In this document: positions 24,350-37,662 of the stretch, piece after piece
Numbering within the stretch: the stretch's first letter is position 1
Layout: the number at the start of each line of letters is the position of its first letter
NCBI GenBank assembly: GCA_965112735.1
Contig: OZ218956.1
Coordinates: 310,001 to 374,000, forward strand
From: Phaeosaccion multiseriatum
Lineage: Eukaryota; Protista; Ochrophyta, other classes
Length of the DNA: 64,000 nt
Direction of reading: 5' to 3'
Translations under genes and position numbers: made by a program
Notes under the pieces: model-generated
Database searches by the model: none
What the model saw: only the letters and a program-made list of their open reading frames with translations
Told to the model about the DNA's origin: nothing

Positions 24350-27300
24350 ATGGCCATGGCGAGCGGATGTGCTGCGCTGCAGGTGCAGTGTCAGGTGACA
24401 GCGCACAGCCCGTCCATTGTCACGACGGCACTGCAGAGGGACTTGCTGCTGACTGCCGACAAGGCGGGGACGCTACGACTGTGGGGAGTCGCGCAGAGCG
24501 GCCAGCTGCACTTCCTCAACGAGGCTCGCTCCAAGGAGAGGGGCGCAGGGGCGACGCCACTGCGGCTCTTCATTCTCGATGGTTATGTGGGAGCTGGCGC
24601 CAGCGCCGCCTCCCTTGCACCAGCGCCGGTTGTGGGGCCGGCGGCGGAGGGGGAGTCACAGCGGCAGAAGGAGAGGAACAGGGGTGAGGAGGACGAGCTG
24701 AATGTGGCGATCGGGGTGTATCCTATGGAGATTGCGGGATTCAGCTTAGTTGCAGGCACGACGAGGCTGCAGCGCACGAGTCTGCTGAAGCTGCAGGGCA
24801 CCGAGAAGATTGTGTCGGCAGAGCTCAACAAGACAAGCAACGAGGTTTTTGTGGCTCTTCGGGATGGGGAAGTACGTGTATATCAAATAAGTATCAAGAG
24901 GGACTATTTACAGAGCCTGCATGTGGAGAAGCAGAAGAGGTTGCAGCAGCTGCGATGGCAGCAGCAGCATCCGCAAGAGTACCTCAATCAGCAACAGCAG
25001 CTTCTGCAGCAACAGCGGGAGAGGGAGGAGAAGGAGGCGAAGGAGAGAGCGGAGATGGCAAGGGAGAAGGAGTCGAAGCCGGAGAAGAAGAGGGGCAGGA
25101 AGAGGGAGAGGGAGAAGGGCAGCAAGTCCGGCGGCAAGGACGCAAAGAAGAGCAAAGACGTTAGTAGCAAAGCGGCGGCACCTCCCAAGGCCGTCCGAGA
25201 AGGTACCATAGTTGACCATCTGGAGCTCGCGCTTCGCCACTTAATAGTGCTGAGGAAGAATGAGATGGCGAAGATTGGGGTCGATGGCGTCCAAACCAAC
25301 ACCAACGCCAAGGGCGGTAGAGGCAGAGGAAGAGGCGAAGGCACGGAGCTCTGCCACGTCTCCTCCCTCGCTGTGGACCCTTCCAGCAACCTGCTGCTCG
25401 GCTTGGCGGACAAGAAGCACCTCTGCGTGTGGAGTGCGGCCACGGGGAGGAGACTTTTCACAGCCAAGGACCTCTTACCAAGGGGGTGGATGGCAGTGGA
25501 TCAGCCCCATGGAGGGGTGCTCACGTGGGAGGCTTCCTCTCGCCTCGCTGTGGTGCTGTGCAAGAACCAGCAGGATAAGGGACGGGTGGTGGGGGTTGAG
25601 CTCGACGCCTCTACGCACAAGTTCGCACACGTCTTTGACTATACCTGTGACACCCTTGTGCTGGCCGTGGGTTTCTCTCGCCGTGCGTCGGGAGGGGCCC
25701 GGGGGGGGCTTTTTCTTCACCTCGTAGACCAAACACGGGCATGCAGGACGTGGTTTCTGCGCCAGGATGGGGAGGAGGGAGAGGGAGGGGCGGGGTTGTG
25801 TCTCGGCCAGGAGGGGGAGGAGGAGAGAGGTGGGGAGAGGGAGGAAGGGTCGGGTGGTGGGGAGGATGGAAGCAGCGGAGCAGGGGCAGGAGGAGGCAGG
25901 ATTGCCCCCGTCTGGGCCTACGAGCTGCCAGAGGCAGGGCAAGTAGAAGGAGGGCCTGCACAAGTTGGTGATACAGCCACCGGTCCGGTTGTAGTGGGAG
26001 GGGGGGCAGTCAAACCCAAGCCGCCGACGCCGCCTGTGATGCAAGTTGTGCATATGCAGCTAAAAGGTCCGTCGGTAGCTGTGATGAAGAAGGCCTCCAC
26101 CGCAAGCCTCTTCACCACCATGAGCAGCAGCCCTTTGATGGGGGCTGCGCTGCTTGTGGCCGTGGGACCTACTCTTACCGTCTTCAAGGCTCACGCCACG
26201 GACGCTCCTCCCTACAAGACGTTGTACCAAGAGGTGAGTGGGAGAAGCATGGGAGAGGCATGGGAGAGGCATGGCAGAGGCATGGGAGAGGCATGGGAGA
26301 GGCATGGGAGAGGCATGGGAGAGGCATGGGAGAGGCATGGGAGAGGCAGGAGCAGGGGCAGGAGCAGGGGCAGGGGCAGGGGAGGACCATATCGACTCAC
26401 CTACGCGCCAGTCCTCCCGCCGCCCTGACACCCACCCACTCGCCCCCTTTCGCCCACCCACCGACCCATTCATCTACTCACCTACCCACGGTCCCGACAC
26501 CTACTCACCCGCCCATTATCCTGACACCCACCCACCCACTTTCTCCCTGGCCGCTCTTGCTGTGCGCAGAGACTAAGCAAGGCCTACTTGGGCATGGCCT
26601 TGGGTGTGGGTACCCCCCCCCCCAACCAAGGGAAGGTGCCCTCCCCCGGCCCCACTTTGGCGGTGGTGACGCTCTCCCCTGCCTCATTCCAAGTGCTCAA
26701 CGTGGGCAGCAGCGTGGCTGGGCAGCACGCAGGAGAAGGAGAGGCTCATCAGCACCCATCCTCCCTTCCCTCCGCGGGTACGGCAGCGCCCCTCGGTGCC
26801 GAAGCGCTAACGCGACAAGCCCAGCAGCGGATGGCGGAGCAGCAGCGGCGACGCCTCCTGAGCTGTATCGACCTCGAGCGCCGCCATCGATTCACTCTCC
26901 CCTCTCCGCACCAGCAAGAACAGCAGTTGGTGATACAACCGCAACAGCAGCGCTGCTGGCCGACGGCTTGGTCTGGCGCCAGCTCCCACCTCAGCGTGTC
27001 CCTGGTGGGCTGGTCCGACGGCGGCGTGCAGGTCCTACAGTTACGCTCACCATTACACTCGCATGTACCTACTGACCCCGAGGGGGCTGAAGGTGTGGGT
27101 GTGAGGCTGTCCTCGTTCTTACTGCCTTCGTGCTGTCCCGTCACTGCCTTAGCGGTCATGCCTCGCCGGCTGCTGCCCCTCCACTCGCAGCCCCACCCCC
27201 ACCCCGCCCCCCGGGGCCCCTCGGCTGCCCCCCGGGGCCCCTCGGCTGCCCCCCTGGGTCCTACGGTTGCACCCCCCCTGGGTCTGGATGCAGGCAGCAG

Positions 27301-29787
27301 CACGCTGGACATCATGGGCAACAGCTTAGGACCCGGCGGGGCGCCGCCGCCAGGAGGAGGGGAGGATAAAGACTGCGATGTTAGTCCAGGAGGAGGAGGA
27401 GGAGGAGGAGGGGGGGAAACCGAAGCCGCGGCCGGGCAGGGGGCGGCGGCAGCGCTGGTTGGCGACGCGCATGGTAAGCTCTACATCTGGTCCACAGGCT
27501 CCGTGCGGAAGCAACTCCACTGCCTTCAAGCACACACTGGGCCCATCGTGGCGCTCACCACCTCCCTTGACCTGCCCGCAGAGGCCAGGGGCGTGAGCGG
27601 GGCAGGGGGAGGGGCAGGAGGAGCAGGAGGCGGAGCAGAAGGAGCAGAAGGTAGTAGACGGCGGGGAGGAGGAGGGGCAGGGGGACGAGCAGAAGGAGGA
27701 GCAGCCACCAGAGCGGACAGGGGTAGCAGCGCTCTGTCGTCGTCGGTTCTTCCCGCTCCTTCTCCTCCACGACTCTTCTTCGCGGTTACGGCGGGGGCCA
27801 ATCGGGAAGTCAAAGTGTGGGGAGTGTCCCTGCCCAGGGGGGGACGGAGGACCGCTTGCCGAATACCCGAGGAGGAGGACACTGAGATGGAGGACGAGGA
27901 GGAGGAGGAGGACGAGGAGGAGGAGGAGGAGGAGGAGGAGGAGGAGGAGGAGGGGTTCCTTTCCCCGCCGCCGCCGCCGCCGCAGCGGCAGCAACAGCAG
28001 CAGCAACAGAAAAGTGGGGGTGAGGGCTCGAAGTCGAGCGATTGGCTGACACTGGCGGGCTGTATGGTGGTGGGACAGCCCGGCGACTCTCTTACCTGTC
28101 TGAGTCTCCTCTCCGAGGGGTACCTGGCCGTGGGGCTCCGCTCCGGGGTGGTGGAGGTGTGGAGAGTCCCCCTGGACCCCGAGGGGGGAGGGCGTCTCGC
28201 TACCGTGGGCAGCGCGCATCAGATCCACGCGGGCCTCCACTTGGCGCCGGTTCGAACCCTTGAGGTGGCGCCAGGGAGTGTAAGGCACGGGAGGAGCGGG
28301 AGGGAGACCCGGGTGGTGCTCTCGGTGAGCACGGACGGGATGGTGTTGCGTTGGTGCCTCACGGAAGAGGGTGTGGCTCCGATTAGGAGGTATCCTTTGA
28401 CGGCGGTACCGACGGCTGTGGCATTGCTACCAGGCAGCGGGGGGCAGTCATATGGGCAGGGGCAGGGGCCTGGCATGAGGCACGGGCAGGCTTACACATA
28501 CAGAGTCGTCGTCGCCATCGGGGGGCTTCTCACCACCCTCGAGAGCTGCGGAGTACGCGACCTGTTTGAGCCCCAGGGGGGAGCGGAAAACGCGCCCACG
28601 CACGCACCCACACATGTGCCAGCGCAAGTGTCGGTGGCAGTCTCAGGACCGGTAGAGGGGAGAGCCCGACCGAGGGAGGAGAATGGCAGTCAACGCACCT
28701 CGGGTATCATGACGTCAGAGCGCCATCGAGCCGAGCAGCAGCGGCAATGGGAGGGAACTCGGCCGGGGCGGGTGCTTACGACCGCGCAGGAGAGGGTGAG
28801 GGGTGGAAGTGGAGGTGGTGGTTGCTGCGTCCTCTTTCGTGACCCGGCTGGGAGTGGTATCAACGGAGGCCTCGATGGGAAGGGCTTTGGCTGGGAAGAG
28901 GCATGCGCTGCGGCGGAGCGGAGGAGGGCACAGCAGCGCCGAGATGAGAAGCGGAGGGGGGCGAGGGAGGGGCGAGAGGAAGGAGGAGAGCGCGAGGGAG
29001 TGGGCGAGGGCGGGGGTGCTGGGTTAGCTGTGCAGCAGCCGCAGCAGCAGTTGGTGGTACAGCAGCAGCAGCGGCAGCAGCAGCAGCCTTATCAGACCAC
29101 CAAAGGCGGCGCGGCGGGCGCGGGAGTGGCAGGGGTGCCCAAGGTGCGGCACGACGTGGTGAATGGCGGAATCGGAATTGCCGACAGAATGGCCGACGAA
29201 ATCGGAGTAGGGGCACAAGAGGCGGCGATTCTGGCGGGGGGGTATGCAAAGTACAAGCAGATCTTGAGGGCCCCGGGGGGTCAGGTGGTGAGGGTCGACG
29301 CTCGGTACCTGGTGTCGGGAGGGGGAGGTGAGGAGGGGCCACAGGGGGACGACCATGGATCACCAATTGCTGCAGCTACTCCGGTATCGCTGCTGGAGCG
29401 AGCACAGCAAGAGGGGCCCGTGGGGGGCGCAAAAGGGCGGCGCACGAGGGGGCTCACGCACACTCACCATCATCATCATCAGCAGTTGGTGATACAGCAG
29501 CAGGTACAGCAGCAGGGGCCTCTCCAAGAGGGCTCGGACAGCACTCTTTTGGCGGGGCGAGAGGAACCGGGGGAGGGGCAGGCCCCAAGGGGCGTGGGGT
29601 CTGGAAAAACGCCCCTCTTTGGGGAGGACTCAGTCCAAGAGGAGACGGAGGGGGGGGCGGAGGAGGGGGCGGAAACAGATGGAGGCGACAGCGTGTCCCC
29701 CTGGGGCAAGGGGGGCAGAGGGGCGCTGGAGTGGACTCCGGAGGGTCAGGGGTGTCAGGAAGGGGAGGGGGGGCAGCAGTTGGTGGT

Positions 29788-29819
<32 letters not shown>

Positions 29820-32800
29820 TCGGGGCCGGGGCGTTGCAAGCGAACCTCAACTTCCGGTCCGACGTGGGCTCTCCCCTGCTGCTGGTACACAGCCCCTCTC
29901 TGCTGCCGCCGCACTCCCCTCCCCCCCCCCCCATGAGCTGTGCCACCAGGGAGTCAACTTCGGAGGCATTTCGTAGAGAGATAGAGAGGTCGCGCAGCAG
30001 CCTCAACAGCAGCTCCGAGGGCGGCGAGGACATACAGGGGGGGGCGAGGTTAGTCGTGAATGTGCTTCGTGTGGGTGGGGGTGCGGGGGGAGGCATGGCG
30101 GCAACGGTAGTGGGTGGAGTTTGCGGCACTGGTGGAGTGGGTAGTGGAGGGGGGGCGTTGGGGCCGACCACTCCGTTCCTTAACAACAAAATGCGCATGC
30201 GGTGGCATACGGACTGTAGCTACAGCGCTTCCCCGGGGGGCGGTGGTGGTGGTGCCCCGGGGGGCGGGGCGGTGGCGGTGCCCTTTGGATACGCGGAGGC
30301 GCAGCTCAAGGCGGGAAAGAAGAAGTTCAGACCTGCCGAGGTGGCAGCCAAGAGAAGGAGAGCTGCCCTCGCCAAGCATCACCAGAGGCAGAGGAAGCAG
30401 GCTCTGGTGGAGGCGGGGGAGGGGAGGGAGCAGGCGCAGCAAGACGGAGCGGTTGGTGATACAGCAGCAAGAGAAGGAGAAGGCGGCGGATTGCCCTGTC
30501 CTCGGGCGCGTCTCAGCAGCAAGAGGGTTCGACAGCACTACCCCACCGGGCTTGTCGCGAACAAAGCCATACAGGATGAAGTCACGGGGAGGGAGACGCT
30601 GCTGTTGGACTGCCTTGGTGCTGTCGATAGGGACTTCCTGCAGCAGGTGATGACCAGACAGGCAGAATCACTGACACCAGGCACTGACTGGCTGACTGGC
30701 TGACCGAGACCAGCCACGAACTGACCCCTCTTTCCACCCCTTCCCACCCTCTCTCCCTCCCTCCCTTCCCTCCCTACCTCCTACCGCAGCAAAGCGCCCA
30801 TCCAGAGGACGAGTGGGACTCTTCCTCCCTCGCCACGAGCGGAACGTCCGGCTCTGTCCTTGACCAAGGCTGGGGCCCAGAGTGGGACTGGCTTCGAGAG
30901 CTCTTTCTGAAACTGTCAAACGGGGCCGAGCAGCTGGCAGAAGCGGCCATTCTCAAATGGAGCTACACACGGCACGCCATCGGAACGGGCCTGGTGAGCA
31001 TGTTTGCGGTCAAGAGCTTGTTTAAAGCCAGTCATGGGGGACGGCAGAGAGGCCGGGCAGTGTTCTCGCCGGATTTCATTGACTTCTACGCTAAGATGGA
31101 TGACTTGGTGCAAGGCGCAAGTGCCCCGCCTGTGCTGGAGTTGATGCTGCCCTTGTTCAGTGATGACAAGTCAAGCAACGCGAGCAATGCGAGTAGTCAC
31201 GCGAGCTACACAGGCAGCAACAAGGGCACGGGAGGACTCCTTGTGACGGAGGTGACCCACGACGGGGTGGTGGTGAGGGTGTGTGCGAGCAAGAAGGGGA
31301 GCGTACTGGTGATGGCCGTGGCGAGGCACGCACACATCCCCGACCTGTCTCTTTTGCGTCAGGGGTTAGGCGGGGAGGCCTGTAGTGCTAGGGTCGCGCT
31401 GGCGGGTGTGCCGGGGATTTCTGTAACCGTCCAAGTAACGGGTCTGAGGGCCGCCGCCCCTTACGACCTCTACGCCTATTGCGAGCATGGCCTCGCACCC
31501 GAGGGGGCCGACTACACCGGCTCCACGCTGGATGACGTCATTCGCACACGCACCTACGTGGTGACTGAGGACACCCCCCTGGAGCACTACGACATTCCGT
31601 GGGCGTCTCTGGACGAGGAGGGCAAGCGAGTGGAGCTGCTTACCGCTACAGGGGATCGAGTTGCTTCCACAGCCGCGAGGGTGGACGGGCTGGAGCTTCC
31701 GACGGCGGCGGACTGGGGCGGCAGAAGGCGAAGTAGAAGTGAAACGGCTGTAACTGTCACTGTCTCGTCCGACCCGCTGGCGAGGGACAGGGTGGCGGCC
31801 TTTACCAAGTGGTGGGTGTCGGGACCGGGGGCACAGTACCGGTGCAACTTCCTCCTGCAAGAGGCGGTGTTTGCAAGTCAGCAGCCCACAGTGTTGAAGC
31901 AGTGGGGAGAGGCACTGGAGGGATTGGCAGAGGCAGAGGCAAGGGAAAGAGGGGCAGAGGGAGAGGGCGAGGGTGAGGCAGGAGGAGGAGGAGGAGGAGG
32001 AGGAGAAGAGTGGGGGGGCACGGAGGGGGGGTGGGAGGTAGGAGGGGACGAAACGGAATCGAAGGAGAGGATAGAGGGGGGGCAGGAGGGAGGAGAGGGG
32101 GGGGGGCGGAGGACCAGCGCTGGAGGCAGGGGTGGAGGAAGGAGAGATGGTTTGCGACGACGATCCAGCACGAGTGGGAGAAAGGGCAGCACCCGCAACA
32201 GCATCAGCAGCAGTAGAAGGAGCAGCAGCAACAGACGGGGTAGCAGCAGCAGCAGCCACAGGAGGAGCAGCAGCAAGGCACCCGATGGCAGTGGAGGAGG
32301 GGGAGGAGCACCAGCCAGGCTGCAGCAGGGGGATTGGAAAGTTGCTGTGGGAGTCGAACTCGGCCAAGACGCGGGCTGGAGGCTCACTAATCCTAGGAAC
32401 TTCCAACGGGCCCAGCGGTGGAGGGCCTTTCGTTCTTGGTACTGCGGTGGTCGCGTGTTCGACTCCGAGCCTTCTGCTCGTACTGCTCGAACTAGGAAGG
32501 GCCGGGGGCAGGATCAGGGTCATGGTCGTGGTCAGGGTGAAGGTCCCAGCCCACTGCTTGTTGGAGAGGAGGGGGAGGCTTCTCCTCCTCCCATTGGCAA
32601 GAGTAGCAACCAGAGCCCTCCCCTCAGTCCCGAGGGAGGACGAGACCAAGTACAGCAGCAGGAGCAGCCAGCCACAGGCGAGACGGAGGAGGATGGAGGG
32701 GGGCAGGAGGCCGAGTCCCTTCAACCTGCGGTCAGCGGAGCAGTTGGTGATTCAACAGCACCAGGACCAGAAGCAGTGCCAGCAGAGGGTGATCCAGCGG

Positions 32801-35800
32801 CAGTTGGTGATACAGCCCGGAGCCTCCGCTCGGAGCGACTGCAGCAGCGCACAGCCTTCCTGATGTCCCGTTTGGGGCTTGTGACAGAGGCGGTCGAGAG
32901 AGTGTCACAGCTCTTCAAGAAGAAGCAAGACTTGGAGGCACAGTTGGCGCAGGCGGAGACCCAACACGCGCAGCAGCAGAACCCAACGGCGGGGGCTGGG
33001 GTGGCGGCGTCGATGCTCGCGCTGGCCGTGCGCAAGATTGACTCTCTTATAGCGCGAGCGGCCAAGGCTCAGCAGGCGAGGGCAGAGGAGGAGGAAGCGC
33101 GTGCCAGCGGCGGCAGCGAGGGGGGGGCGCAGAGCGACGACGACGACGTTGAAGGGGAGGGGGAGGCGGAGGGGGAGAGCAAGACGGCGAGCGGCAGCGG
33201 GCCTCTGATGCCTTCCTTGGTGCCCTTGCCGAAGCTCCGCTCCTCGTCGCCGCCCACGTCCTCGGGTCCGGGCTCGCTGGTGCCCAGGGACGTGGCGGCC
33301 GTGTCTGTGTGGGACACCATCGATGTGAGCGACTTTGAGTTGAGTGAGGATGAGATCAGTGCCACTTCGAGCCAAGGTCAAGGCAGCACGGAGTCCGTGA
33401 CGAGCCTCAGCGGACAAGCCAAGGTGGACTGGGAGCGGGCACAGAGGTGGAGCTTTCAGAGCGCCGAGGACCAGGTACGGTGGCGAATCTATGTGCCTCC
33501 ATCCGGCTGAGGCTACACGTCGATATGCCTCCATCCATCCATGTATGCAGCCCGAGGGTGTACGTGAACCTGTATGTCTCTATCCATCCTTCCAACCATA
33601 CTTTGTGTCTATATTTTCCCACCATCCATACGTATATGCATACATACATCTAAACCCCTCCTCGTCGCCTCGTTGTCCTCCGCCCCCTCCTGTCCCACCC
33701 TTCGCCCTTCCTCTCCTGCTTGTCATGCGAACCCCTCTTTGCCCGCCCCCCCCCTCCACTTCCACCCCACGCTTCTGCCCCCAGTGCCTGGAGCTACAAC
33801 TGGCGTGTGTGAACCCGCTCGTGCTGGAGCTGGCCCTGTATGACCAAGTGGCGCTGCCCGACCCTGAAGACGCCACCTCCCTGCTGCCCTTTCGACGCGA
33901 CAAGTGGGCCGCCTTTGAGAAGTGGTACTTGGCACAGACACCTATTGATGGGGCTCCTTGCACCCCAATATGGGCAAGAAACGAAGCCTACGGCGACGAG
34001 CAGGGAGGAGGAGGAGGAGGAGGAGGAGGAGGAGGAGGAGGGAGGAGAGGCAGCAAGAGAGAGAGCGCAACGGGAGGAGGAGGGAAGGGAGACAACAAGA
34101 AAAGGAGCACCGGAGGAGGAGAGGGCGGATGGCAGCTCACGGGGGCCATGAGTGCCGCTCGGGTGGCGCATGTGATGTCCGAGGTGGAGGCAGTGCAGAG
34201 GCATACCCCACTTTTTGAGGCCTTCCGAGCCTCAGATGGCACCCAACGGGGGGGGGAGGATGAAAAGGAGGAAGAAGACGACAGCACCAACAAACAGGAC
34301 ACAGACACGGTGCAGTCGTCCTCGTCATCTTCCAACGCTGCTAGTGCTGCTGTATCTCCAACTGGTGCTGCTGCTGTTGCTGCTGTCGAGGAAGCGCGGA
34401 GGGATCGGCTGGAAGCATGGTACTGCGAGTACAAAGGTGCTGCAGGCACTCACACCACCACCTCCTCCCCCCCCTCCTCCTCCTCCCCTCCGTCGTCTTC
34501 GCGGCGGCTGGACTTTAGGCGAGCGAGGGTGGCAGAGCTCCTGGAGGCTCGAGCGGCGTTGGCTCTACGGCTGTGTGTGTCCATGCCCCAGCCCTACTTG
34601 CTTAGGCCCGGGGCAGTCGTGCTGGGCCTCCCTGCCCCGCAGAGGGAGAGCAGGCTCCGGTACTTTGAGTCTCGCTCCAATGAGGGCTATTCGCTCGGCG
34701 AGGTGCTTGCCTGGTACAGCGAAGAGGAGCTTGGGGCGGACGATGGCAAGCTGCAGGAGAGGCAGCGGGCAGGGCAAGTGGAGCTGGCACTCCATGCCCT
34801 CCGCGAGCAAGAGGGGGTGCTGCAGAAGCTCAATGCCCGGGCCATGGCGTGGGAAGATAGGCGGGCATTACATCTACGGACGGCGGAGGTGGAGCTGCTG
34901 TTTGACGCCTACGATGAGGCCCTATTCGAGGATGAGTATGGCCGAACGATGAAGCAGGGGTGGATGTATGAGGCCGATTTGGATGAGGGCTGGGCGGAGG
35001 GCTGCAGGCCACATGCGCTGACCTACAGCCAGGGGACCGGGTTGGACAACAATGATGAACTCAACGATGCGGTTGAGGCGGCCCGCCTCGAAGCGCAAAT
35101 TGAAATGGCAAGGGTGGAGGCGCTGCGAAGGGATCGAGATGCGGAGAAGAGGCGACAGAGGGAAGAGGAGCAGCGGAGAAGGGAGGAGGAGGAGCGTCTC
35201 AAGTGGCTTAGAGAGACGGAGAAGAAGCGCCGTCTCTTTCAAGAGCAAATGGCGGAGCTCAAAGTGGAGCGGGCCCGTCGGGCTGAACTTGCCGCCATGG
35301 CCAAGGAAGAAGCAGCCATGCGGTCCTTGCTCGAAGAGGGGCGAGTCAGAGCGGCGGCGGAGGAGGTGGAGAGGCTACGTTTGGACAAGGAGAGACGCGA
35401 GGAGGAGGAGCGGGTGAGGCAGGAAGAGGAGGCCGCGGCGAGGGAGGCGGCGAGGGCAGGGAGGGAGAGCAAGGGCATGCGAGAGGAGGAGGAGCTCATG
35501 AGATGCCTCATGGCGGAGGAGGCGGGGATTGCGGCAAGGGCGGCGGAGCGGCTTGCCCTGCTGCAAGAGCTGTACACACCTCACCGGGACCTCGATCTCG
35601 ACCAGGCGCTGGGGGAGGGGGGCGGATGGCAGTGGATGGCGCAGCGGGACCCGGACGCCCCGTTGATATGGTCGGGCCCCAAGCCGGGAGAGGTGAAGGA
35701 TCAATCGAAGCCGTTTGTGTCAGCGGCGATGGACCAGCTGCTGGCAGATGTGGATCCGGCGACGGGCCCGGGGGGGGGCACGCTGAGCCTCAACCGGCCC

Positions 35801-36982
35801 TCGAAGCGATTTCTGGGGCTGTTGAATGTACCCTACCGCTCCGTCAAGAATCTGTTCGATGAGGGCACCGCACGCTTGCACGATGAGGATGCACTGCTGG
35901 CGACGCTCAAGGAGGGGAGGTGCTTCAAGAACGACTGGGCAGATCATGGTGTATCACCAACTGCTGCTGGTAGCGCTGCTGCTGCAGATGGCGACCATCA
36001 CCATGATGGCGGTGAAGAGGAGGACGATGACCAACTCGGAGTGGGGGCAGCAAGGGCAGCGGCGAAGGGCCGCGAGGGGGGTCAGGGTCAGGGTCAGGGT
36101 CAGGGTCAGGGTCAGGGCCCCTCCACGGCGCTGCATATTGCTCTATCGCGCGCGGCCGCAGCGGCGGCCAACGCCGAGCAACGGCTCGGTAGACTGGCGC
36201 TACGCTCTTTCTCGCCGGAGAGGAGGAGGAGCAGCAGGGGTGTAGGCACGGGGTCGGGGGACGCTCACAGTCGGCGTGGGGGCAGCAGCAGGGGCAGCAG
36301 TAGGGGCAGCGGGAAGGGGGGGCTGTCCAGCGGGATGCTGACCCTGCAGGTGGAGAGGCTGGGGCGCATCGTGAGAGAGGGACGGCAGAGAGGGCGGGCA
36401 GGGTCCGCGGGAGGAGGAGTAGGAGGAGCAGGAGGAGGTGGTGGGGCGATGTGTAGCAGCATGCACTTCAACTCGCTCAGCGGCGGGGGGGCAGGCGGGG
36501 GTGGGGGGCAGGACTTCCACCTGGACAGAACAGTGCTCTCTTCGCATGCGGACTCCGACCAGGGGCTCTCCTTTGGGGACACTTCGCCTTCTGCTGCTGT
36601 ATCACCAACGGCTGCGGCTGCTGCGGCTGCTGCGGCTGGTCTGCCCTTGGAGCCATGCTTCGGCCTGGGGGCGGAGGGCCTGAAGGTGGGCCTCTTGGGG
36701 CCCACAAGTCCTCACGGCAAGGTTGGGATGCTGAGCCCAATTCACCACGAAGGCAGGGCCAGGAGCCGGGGGGGGGGCAGCAAGGAGCAGCAGCTGGGGA
36801 CGCTGGGCCGAGCAAGGGAGAGGCTTGCGCAGGAGGAAGAGCGGCAGAGCTGGAGCGAGCACAACTTGGGGCTGCCGTTCTTCAGTGACCAGGTCAAGGG
36901 GGTGCGAGGCCAGCGCAAGGAGATCGTCGCCAAGCCGCTGCCAGTTGGTGATACGGCAGGGGGGCAAGTATCTGTTTCCTAG
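24350..36982 (+). CDS. Giant (about 3,900 aa) WD40-repeat plus charged coiled-coil protein, 4 long exons
   Basis: Exons at about 24350-26233, 26569-30645, 30790-33474 and 33785-36982 join in frame at GT-AG sites. WD-like strands: LLLTADKAGTLRLWGV, ALVGDAHGKLYIWST..AHTGPIVAL, YLAVGLRSGVVEVWRV, LSVSTDGMVLRW. E/R/K helix at about 35080-35560. Confidence 0.78.
26248..26346. repeat. Intronic 11-bp tandem repeat (CATGGGAGAGG)n
   Basis: Directly visible just after the donor at 26234. Confidence 0.85.
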
Positions 36983-37662
36983 ACTTCCACCACTTTTTGG
37001 AAACAAGAAACAGGTACAGTATCAAAGTGGACTTTCACTGAAGCAACGTTGACCTTGTTCTGTGCGAAAGTCGACCTCGGCATGAGCTGGAACCCCAAAC
37101 TGGCCAGAAAGAGGGAAACAGGGAAGCACGTCAGGGGTCGAACATGCATAGGGTATATAGTACAGCTCGGTAGAGGGGCTCCTTGGCTTCTCCTCCTTCT
37201 TCCTTACCAGTAAGGCCACACTCCCCGGACTCTCATAATATATGTATATATATTATTATAATTACATATTTCATTTTAGTATGATTACATCATGAATTTC
37301 AGTTTCAGTTTCCTATTTTTTTTCTTCTCCATCCTCCACTGATATCCTCCACCCCATCAGTGCCTACGCGAGCACTTCCTACGCCTCGCGCTACGATCCA
37401 TAGCTGTCCAGGCTCAGTCTATACATAGCTGTGCAGGCTGGGGAGGAGATGTGCTCACTATTATAGAAACCAAGCTGTATGTGTTGTTGTGAAGTGAGTC
37501 TCCACCAACCCACACCTCACCAAGCGGTAAGGAAGAGAAGGAGCAGAGATCACCAAACCAAAGCTTCCTACGCAAGCGGTAAGCTTAGCCCACGGAAGAA
37601 GAAGAAGAAGAAGAAGAAGAAGAAGAAAAAGCAGCAGAAGAGGAAGAAGAAAAGGACTTCAA

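Noticed and set aside
31366-32724. 452-aa antisense ORF
   Set aside because: It is the shadow of the GC-rich plus-strand exon, with no independent evidence.
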